A stretch of 64,000 nt of DNA from an uncultured Acidimicrobiales bacterium (GTDB taxonomy: Bacteria > Actinomycetota > Acidimicrobiia > Acidimicrobiales > UBA10347): NCBI GenBank assembly GCA_963925805.1, contig CAWUSE010000022.1, positions 40,740-104,739 of the forward strand, read 5' to 3'. Below the pieces are notes generated by a model. The model did no database searches and was not told the origin of the DNA. It saw only the letters and a list, made by a program, of their open reading frames with translations. Of this stretch, positions 57,566-64,000 are shown piece by piece. The first letter of the stretch is position 1. Each line of letters starts with the position of its first letter. The translations under genes were made by a program, and so were the position numbers.

Positions 57566-59409
57566 GCGACGAAGAGACCCTAGAACCAGCCGCTGAATAC
57601 GAAGCTGAAGGCGCCGAATACGAGTACGAAGACGGCGACTACGACGACGACGGTATTGACATGGCAGGCGCCCGAGGCATGCGCAGCGACTACTGCGGTG
57701 AGCTGACACGCGACGACGTCGACCGTGAGGTCATCTTGTGCGGTTGGGTCGACAATCGGCGTGAACATGGCGAAAAGCTGGCCTTCATCGATCTGCGCGA
57801 TCACACCGGCATCATTCAGTGCGTCGTTGATGAAAAGCACGATCTGCGGCGTGAATACGTGGTGCGGGTTACCGGCACTGTCGTAGGGCGTCCTGAAGGC
57901 ATGGAGAACCCGTTCCTGGCCACTGGCGCTATTGACGTGCAGAACTGCACTGTCGAAGTCCTGAACAAGGCTGAGACGCCTCCGTTCATGCTGAATAGCC
58001 GCCAAGACATAGACGAGACGCTGCGCCTCAAGTATCGCTACCTCGACATGCGCCGCGAACGGATGCAGCGCAACCTTCGGTACCGATCGATCGTGCAAAG
58101 CGCCGTGCGCGGCGCCATGGAAGACCAAGGCTTCACCGAGATCGAAACGCCGCTGCTGATCGCCTCTACGCCTGAAGGCGCACGTGACTTCGTGGTTCCA
58201 AGCCGCCAGCAGCCTGGAACGTTCTACGCACTGCCGCAGAGCCCACAGATCTTCAAGCAGCTCTGCATGGTTGGCGGCATGGACCGGTACTACCAGATCG
58301 CCAAGTGCCTTCGCGACGAAGACCTGCGCGCTGACAGACAGTTCGAATTTGCACAACTTGACGCTGAGGCAAGCTTCGTTGGTCAAGAAGAAGTCATCGA
58401 GTTCATCAGCTACGCAATCGCTGCGGCGACCGATGCTGTGCGTGGTGTGTGGCCCGAAGAAATTCCTCAGATGACCTACGCCGATGCCATGGAGTTTTAC
58501 GGCAGCGACAAACCAGACATCCGTTTCGGCATGACGTTGGTTGAGCTCACGCCATTGTTCGAAGGCACCGAAGCTAACGTCTTCAAGACTGATTGTGTCA
58601 AGGGCATCGTCGCCAAAAACGGCGCCGACGAAATCGGTCGTAACCGCATTGACGAACTCACCGACATGTGCAAGAAGTGGGGCGCTAAAGGCCTCGCGTG
58701 GTTCCGTGTTGGCGAAGACCTAGAACTAGACGGTGGACTAACCAAGTTCATGAGCGCCGACGAACTGTCGGGGCTTCCGCAAATGCTTGGCGCCGAAAAT
58801 GGCGATCTGATCCTGCTTCAGTCAGGTGACCGTCGGTCAGTCAACGATGTACTCGGCCGTCTGCGACTGGAACTCGGACAACCCCCAGTCGACGAAGGCC
58901 TGGCCTTTGTTTGGGTTGTCGACTTTCCTATGTTCGAAGTCATCAACGATGACGGCGACCCGGTCGCGATGCACCACCCGTTCACCATGCCGCACCCCGA
59001 CGATGTCGACTATCTGGTGCGCAAGGGCGGCGAGTCCATGCTCAAGATCCGGTCCCAGGCTTATGACCTTGTGCTGAACGGTTGGGAGCTTGGTTCCGGC
59101 AGCGTTCGAATCCATGACCCAGAGATCCAAAGGCGAGTCTTTACAGCACTTGGTTTCAGTGATGAAGAAGCCCAAGAGAAGTTTGGCTTCCTCCTCGATG
59201 CGTTCAGCTACGGCGCACCGCCACACGCTGGTTTCGCATTCGGGATCGACCGTCTGACGGCGCTGTTGCTTGGTGAGTCGAACATTCGTGAAGTCATCGC
59301 CTTCCCGAAGACCCAATCGGGTAGTGACCCGTTGACAAACGCACCGACGCCGATCACCGATGCCCATCTCGATGATCTTGGCCTGCGAGTGTTGCCACCG
59401 GCTGAATGA
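57562..59409 (+). CDS. aspS: aspartate--tRNA ligase, probably non-discriminating (Asp/Asn)
   Basis: RSDYCG, RREHG (His) and RPEG (Gly) ND-type signatures, STPEGARDF, LPQSPQ, RDEDLRADRQ, GAPPHAG. Confidence 0.97.
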   Translation: MSDEETLEPAAEYEAEGAEYEYEDGDYDDDGIDMAGARGMRSDYCGELTRDDVDREVILCGWVDNRREHGEKLAFIDLRDHTGIIQCVVDEKHDLRREYVVRVTGTVVGRPEGMENPFLATGAIDVQNCTVEVLNKAETPPFMLNSRQDIDETLRLKYRYLDMRRERMQRNLRYRSIVQSAVRGAMEDQGFTEIETPLLIASTPEGARDFVVPSRQQPGTFYALPQSPQIFKQLCMVGGMDRYYQIAKCLRDEDLRADRQFEFAQLDAEASFVGQEEVIEFISYAIAAATDAVRGVWPEEIPQMTYADAMEFYGSDKPDIRFGMTLVELTPLFEGTEANVFKTDCVKGIVAKNGADEIGRNRIDELTDMCKKWGAKGLAWFRVGEDLELDGGLTKFMSADELSGLPQMLGAENGDLILLQSGDRRSVNDVLGRLRLELGQPPVDEGLAFVWVVDFPMFEVINDDGDPVAMHHPFTMPHPDDVDYLVRKGGESMLKIRSQAYDLVLNGWELGSGSVRIHDPEIQRRVFTALGFSDEEAQEKFGFLLDAFSYGAPPHAGFAFGIDRLTALLLGESNIREVIAFPKTQSGSDPLTNAPTPITDAHLDDLGLRVLPPAE

Positions 59410-59424
59410 CAACGAGTGTTCCTG

Positions 59425-59447
59425 GCTCTGCGGACGGCCCGCAGAGC
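59425..59447 (+). terminator. hairpin after aspS
   Basis: GCTCTGCGG-acggc-CCGCAGAGC 9-bp stem; no U-tract. Confidence 0.5.
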
Positions 59448-59485
59448 AGTCAGGCCCTGCAGCAGGGACGCGCCAAGGGCGACGA

Positions 59486-59749
59486 ATGAATTGCAGTCGT
59501 TGTGGCGTGCCCATGGAAGAGGGCCGGGTCGAGGTGCATAACTCGCCTGGCACGATTCTGTTCAAGACCTGGTCGCTGCAGGACCTGTATTGGTACGACA
59601 AGTCTTCAAAACGTAAGTCTCGCCGTCGGTTAGTTGAGAGCGGGCAAGCCCGCCGCTCCTATGGCTGTAAGCCCTGCGGACTTGTCACCGTCGACACGAC
59701 CACTGAACTTGAACCGCGCGGCCGCAAGAGCCGCCACCTTGATGGCTAG
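59486..59749 (+). CDS. small zinc-ribbon protein (PF20097/DUF6487-like)
   Basis: MNCSRCGVPMEEG ... YGCKPCGLV: two CxxC knuckles. Confidence 0.75.
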   Translation: MNCSRCGVPMEEGRVEVHNSPGTILFKTWSLQDLYWYDKSSKRKSRRRLVESGQARRSYGCKPCGLVTVDTTTELEPRGRKSRHLDG

Positions 59750-59828
59750 CTGTGCGATCGCGGTCTGTGCCTGACACAAATCATGACGCTCACCGATCAC
59801 GTCGGCCAGACTGTGGAGGTGAGTAACC

Positions 59829-61148
59829 ATGAGTGATGATTTGTTCGGTGCGGCAGCATCGGCGCGCCTTGAACGTCGCCAACCGCTGGCGTCGCGTATG
59901 CGCCCAATCCGCCTCGACGACATCGTTGGCCAGAAACACTTGCTCGGACCAGGCAAGCCGCTACGTCGACTGATCGAAGCCGACCGGTTATCGTCGGTCG
60001 TGTTATGGGGGCCGGCGGGCACAGGTAAGACAACTCTGGCTCGTGTCGTTGCCCGGTCGACATCGAAGTCCTTCGTACAACTCAGCGCCGTAACAGCAAC
60101 CGTCAAAGACGTGCGTGAAGAGATCGCCAAGGCCCGACAACGGCTTGGTGAACGGGAACAAGCGACGATCCTGTTTCTGGACGAGGTCCACCGCTTCAAC
60201 AAGGCCCAACAGGATTCGCTGCTGCCCGCTGTTGAGAGCGGTTTGATTGTGTTGATTGGTGCCACGACTGAGAACCCGTACTTCGAGGTAAATGCGCCGT
60301 TGTTGTCTCGTTCGACGCTTTTCCGTCTGGAACCACTTGATGACGAAGCGATCGAACAGTTGCTCCGCCGTGGGCTCGAGGTCGAAAAGGCGACGTCGAG
60401 TGACGAAGCTCTGGACCATCTGGTCGCACGGGTTGGTGGCGACGGCCGCCAAGCGCTTACTGCGCTCGAAGTCGCAGTGGCTCTGGCCGACGGCCGTGGC
60501 GAAGACGGCCAGAGCATTCTGGTGGAACTCGAAGATGTTGAGGCTGCGCTCGACGTCAAGGCATTCCGGTACGGCCGCGACGAGCATTACGACACTATCT
60601 CTGCCTTCATCAAGAGCATCCGCGGCAGCGATCCTGACGCTGCGGTGTACTGGTTGGCCCGCATGCTCGAAGCTGGTGAAGATGCTCGTTTCATCGCCCG
60701 TCGCCTGATGGTGCATGCGAGCGAGGACATAGGGATGGCCGACAGCCAGGCCTTGCTGGTGGCGGCTGCAGCGGCTCAAGCCGTGGAGTTTGTTGGCCTG
60801 CCCGAGGCCCGCATCAACCTTGCCCATGCGACCGTCTATCTCGCGACCGCCCCTAAGTCCAACCGTGCGTACATGGCGATCAATAACGCTCAAGAGGCAG
60901 CACGTACAGGCGGGGGTGAGGTGGGTACACACCTGCGAGATGCCCATTACAAGGGCGCAGCATCGCTTGGTCATGGTGAGGGCTACCGTTACCCCCACGA
61001 CGATCAGCGAGGCTGGGTTCCGCAGGACTACCTGCCTGCCGAGATGGTCGGGAAGAAGTTCTACGAGCCCACTCGATTGGGTTCCGAGGCAGAGATTGCC
61101 GACCGCTTGGCACGACAAGAACGTTGGCGAGACGAAGCTGGCGCTTAA
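59829..61148 (+). CDS. rarA: replication-associated recombination protein A (RarA/MgsA)
   Basis: PLASRMRP, WGPAGTGKTT, DEVHRFNKAQQD, GATTENP, SAFIKSIRGSDPDAA, ASEDIGMAD, HLRDAHY. Confidence 0.96.
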   Translation: MSDDLFGAAASARLERRQPLASRMRPIRLDDIVGQKHLLGPGKPLRRLIEADRLSSVVLWGPAGTGKTTLARVVARSTSKSFVQLSAVTATVKDVREEIAKARQRLGEREQATILFLDEVHRFNKAQQDSLLPAVESGLIVLIGATTENPYFEVNAPLLSRSTLFRLEPLDDEAIEQLLRRGLEVEKATSSDEALDHLVARVGGDGRQALTALEVAVALADGRGEDGQSILVELEDVEAALDVKAFRYGRDEHYDTISAFIKSIRGSDPDAAVYWLARMLEAGEDARFIARRLMVHASEDIGMADSQALLVAAAAAQAVEFVGLPEARINLAHATVYLATAPKSNRAYMAINNAQEAARTGGGEVGTHLRDAHYKGAASLGHGEGYRYPHDDQRGWVPQDYLPAEMVGKKFYEPTRLGSEAEIADRLARQERWRDEAGA

Positions 61149-61261
61149 TACCGGATCCTACGCACGAATCGCAGCGCCAGGCAGACGGGCAGGGTATGAA
61201 CGCCAGATATCTGTTTGATGCGTTTCCGAGGAGCCGTAGGTTCGCTAGTGTCCAGTCTGTT

Positions 61262-61504
61262 GTGTTCAAGCGATTGATTTGGTTCTGCTGCGGTGCCATC
61301 AGCGGTGCAGCCGGTTCATGGTATGTAAAACGGCGTATTCAAGAGAAGCTTCGTCGGTTTACTCCTGGTGGCGTGCGAGAGCAGGCCGTGGTCCGGGCGA
61401 AGCGGGTCCAGAGTGATGCCAAGATCGTTGTAGCTGAAGGACGGCGACTCGCCCGCGGCTACCGCAAGCAGAACACATCAGGACACAACAAAACTGGCGG
61501 ATAA
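61262..61504 (+). CDS. small membrane-anchored hypothetical protein (DUF6167-like)
   Basis: MFKRLIWFCCGAISGAAGSWY hydrophobic N-terminus then a basic helix with FTP; position upstream of alaS. Confidence 0.7.
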   Translation: MFKRLIWFCCGAISGAAGSWYVKRRIQEKLRRFTPGGVREQAVVRAKRVQSDAKIVVAEGRRLARGYRKQNTSGHNKTGG

Positions 61505-61890
61505 CAGCCCTGACCAGGCGCACTAGTTCGCTTCCGCACGCAGGTCAACGGGGGCCTATGCCCACGTTGGTGTTCAGATTGGGTATTCGGTTCTGGCCCT
61601 CGAGTGTGGCCACCGGTGTCCACGTTCACGCCTTCTGTAAATCGCGTCGAGCCTGAGCGAGAAAACATGTGCGAGATCTCGCCCGCCGGGGCTATACAAG
61701 CCGCGGCGAGAAACGCTAGCGATAATAATGCGGTCCAGGTGAAGTGTTGCGACGTGGGTTCTCGTGCTGGGGCCAAAGGCGAAGTCAGCGATGCATATCG
61801 ATGAGGCGACCGCAAAATCGCGTCGTCGGCGCTCGAACTGCGCACGGCCAGAGGAGATCCAACCAATCCTGAGAAAGCGGAGACGTTCTG

Positions 61891-62068
61891 ATGACCGAAA
61901 CAATTCACGTCGCACTAGTGGACGATCACGTGCTCAACAGAGAGGGCGTCGCGCTTGACGACTTCGGTCAAAACGGTCGAAACCTATGTCTCGTTAGTTT
62001 TGCGCAAACGCCAATTTTCGAATCGGCACGAGCCCAGTGGCTGGGCGACACGCCGCTGTGTGATCTAA
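61891..62068 (+). pseudogene. NarL/LuxR-type response regulator pseudogene (internal deletion plus frameshift)
   Basis: MTETIHVALVDDHVLNREGV (receiver start) joined to a different-frame TSVKTVETYVSLVLRKRQFSNRHE (LuxR HTH end). Confidence 0.8.
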
Positions 62069-62098
62069 AACGGCAGGGTTGACCACATGGGAGCCCTG

Positions 62099-62893
62099 AT
62101 GTCAGAGCAAGCTGCGAGCGAAGAACCCGTCCTGTATAAGAAGTCCGGGCGCGTTGTAACGATTACCTATAACCGGCCTGAGCGGCGCAACGCCATCAAC
62201 GGGGCGATGCGCGATGAGCTGAACGCGGCTTGGTTACGTTTCCGCGATGACGAAGACGCCTGGGTAGCGATCATGACGGGTACCGGCGATGTGTTCTGTG
62301 GAGGGGCTGATCTGAAGGATGGCCAGGGCTCGACGGGAACCTTTGCTGGCACCTATTGGGAGAAACCCACGGTCAACAGCTTCGAGAGCGGTCTTGAGCT
62401 GTTCAAGCCGGTCATCGCTGCGGTTAACGGGCCGTGCATTGGGTACGGGTTGACCGGGGTGAGCTTCGCCGATTTCGCGATCGCAAGCGACCGAGCCACG
62501 TTCTCGTACCCAGAGGTTCGCATCGGGATCCCTACGATCGTCGGGTCTATCCGACTTCCGCGCAAGCTGAACTGGGCCGATGCCATGGAATTGTTGATGA
62601 TTGGTGAACCAATCTCGGCCGAGCGAGCTAAAGAGATGGGGTTGGTTTGGCGAGTGGTCGAACACGATCAGCTGATGGTCGAGGCTTATGCATTGGCCGA
62701 TCGACTGGTGGCGTCGGCGCCTATCGCCAGTCGGGTCGTGAAAGAGGTCGCAACCCGGACCAGAGACATGGGTTGGACCGAAGCCGTGCGCTTCGGCGAG
62801 ACCATGCGCATCGTCGCGAATCAGATGGATGACGCTAAAGAAGGTTTGGCGTCGTTCCGAGAGAAGCGCTCGCCGGAATGGACCGGCAAGTAG
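62099..62893 (+). CDS. enoyl-CoA hydratase/isomerase family protein
   Basis: ITYNRPERRNAI, FCGGADLK, KPVIAAVNG, PEVRIG, EGLASFREKRSPEW. Confidence 0.93.
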   Translation: MSEQAASEEPVLYKKSGRVVTITYNRPERRNAINGAMRDELNAAWLRFRDDEDAWVAIMTGTGDVFCGGADLKDGQGSTGTFAGTYWEKPTVNSFESGLELFKPVIAAVNGPCIGYGLTGVSFADFAIASDRATFSYPEVRIGIPTIVGSIRLPRKLNWADAMELLMIGEPISAERAKEMGLVWRVVEHDQLMVEAYALADRLVASAPIASRVVKEVATRTRDMGWTEAVRFGETMRIVANQMDDAKEGLASFREKRSPEWTGK

Positions 62894-62914
62894 TTCACAA
62901 CCTGAAGGGCGTCG

Positions 62915-63622
62915 TCAGCCGCGCCTCTGAAGGGTCGCGTAGACCGCTCTGTGATCGGAACCCATGTCGGGCAGCACACCGTTGGCCAGCACCTCAACTC
63001 GATCGCTGAGGAGAATGTGGTCAATCTGGCTGTGGGGCCGCTTGGCTGGATACGTGCGGCCTCGCACTGCAGGTCGCAAGGTTCTCGCATCTCGCTGAAT
63101 CACCGGACCCCACATGTTCAAGTCACCGGCAACAATGTCGTTGGCTGCAGCGGCGGTCCGCAGCTCAGCCCGTTCCTTCATCCACGCTCGTGGTGCTGGT
63201 CGGAGTAGTAGATGGATCCCGTACAGATGCGCAGCGGCCACAGTCAAGCCAGAGTCGGTCAATTTGGCTCGCACAATGGCGCGTTGCCCGAATCCTGGAA
63301 GTCGTGGCATGACCTGGGGCGGTAACGCCCGTGCGGGGATACGAGTCATCATCACGATGCGCCATGGCACGATATTGGGTGAGCGACTGGGCGTGTCCGA
63401 AACCCACTGGTGAAGCTCGTACCCCATTCGATGTGCGATGTCCTCGGCCCATGTTGGGTTCGCCTGGTTAAATCGCCATGCCTCAGGTAGAACAAGTACG
63501 TCAGCGTCAAGTGAGCACAGATGGTTTTCAAGCGCCAGATTGTGCACCCACCCATCGCGTACCGACGAGTGGTGTAGACCCTGGAATAGATTCCACGAGG
63601 CAATCGTGAAAGGAGCGTTCAC
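62915..63622 (-). CDS. endonuclease/exonuclease/phosphatase family protein
   Basis: [34 protein letters not shown]; TAGCTT-N7-GTG start. Confidence 0.88.
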   Translation of the reverse strand: MNAPFTIASWNLFQGLHHSSVRDGWVHNLALENHLCSLDADVLVLPEAWRFNQANPTWAEDIAHRMGYELHQWVSDTPSRSPNIVPWRIVMMTRIPARALPPQVMPRLPGFGQRAIVRAKLTDSGLTVAAAHLYGIHLLLRPAPRAWMKERAELRTAAAANDIVAGDLNMWGPVIQRDARTLRPAVRGRTYPAKRPHSQIDHILLSDRVEVLANGVLPDMGSDHRAVYATLQRRG

Positions 63623-63713
63623 GTGCCGAAAGCTACACGTGGGCAGCAGCATGGCGACGGCACTAGGTGGATTCATGCTGGACCGCACATCGGGTCACGT
63701 AGACTTCGCGGCC

Positions 63714-64000
63714 ATGGAAGCCCGTGATTTACGCAAAGCGTTTCGAGATTTTTTCGTCGATAAGGGCCACACCCCCGTCGAGAGCGCAAGCTTGATTCCT
63801 CATGACCCGACCGTGATGTTCACGGTGGCAGGCATGGTGCCGTTCAAACCCTATTTCGTAGGTGAGGAGACGGCCCCGTATAAACGAGCGGTCAGCGTTC
63901 AGAAGTGCGTCCGAGCCGGCGGCAAGCACAACGACCTCGATGAAATCGGCCGCACCAAGCGCCACCTTACCTTCTTCGAAATGATGGGTAACTTCAGCTT
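63714..64000 (+). CDS. alaS: alanine--tRNA ligase (5' part, truncated by the window)
   Basis: [14 protein letters not shown]...[18 protein letters not shown]...[17 protein letters not shown]...[12 protein letters not shown]; absent from the ORF track because it has no stop in the window. Confidence 0.97.
   Translation, partial: MEARDLRKAFRDFFVDKGHTPVESASLIPHDPTVMFTVAGMVPFKPYFVGEETAPYKRAVSVQKCVRAGGKHNDLDEIGRTKRHLTFFEMMGNFS

Noticed and set aside
1-64000. tRNA, rRNA, tmRNA, transposase, integrase or prophage genes
   Set aside because: None recognised by eye; tRNAscan-SE, Rfam and ISEScan would confirm the absence.

Overview
High-GC (~60% by eye) actinobacterial chromosome segment, most consistent with Acidimicrobiia (inferred from gene content and order: mshC, pgsA-patA-pimA, F420-type LLM, thiN, queA-tgt after ruvCAB). 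The first ~30 kb is accessory/catabolic: hydrolases, a fasciclin lipoprotein, a signal-less VPS10/BNR beta-propeller beside a TauE exporter, a BVMO, an SDR, hisEG, three MFS transporters, an SF2 helicase, a membrane-anchored WD40 protein, a sucrase-ferredoxin-YceH-thiN operon and a CNNM pair. The rest is the conserved core block fabI, mshC, thrS-HIT-pgsA-patA-pimA, pdxST, yebC, ruvCAB, queA-tgt-yajC-secDF, apt, rel, hisS-aspS, rarA and alaS (truncated at the window end). I saw no rRNA, tRNA, CRISPR array, transposase or integrase, and I cannot show a clearly new multi-gene system from sequence alone. Best leads: an HtpX-like protein with HExxH changed to RELAR; a TGT lacking its zinc cysteines; a ~186-nt inverted-repeat-bounded structured element between yebC and ruvC; the cytoplasmic VPS10 protein with TauE; an extracytoplasmic WD40 protein; an unknown membrane protein coupled to pgsA; an Asp/Glu-rich AspRS extension; a 201-nt rel/YihY antisense overlap; a collapsed response-regulator pseudogene; and pervasive leaderless TANNNT-N6-8-start promoters. 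All calls come from motif recognition by eye; no database searches were run.
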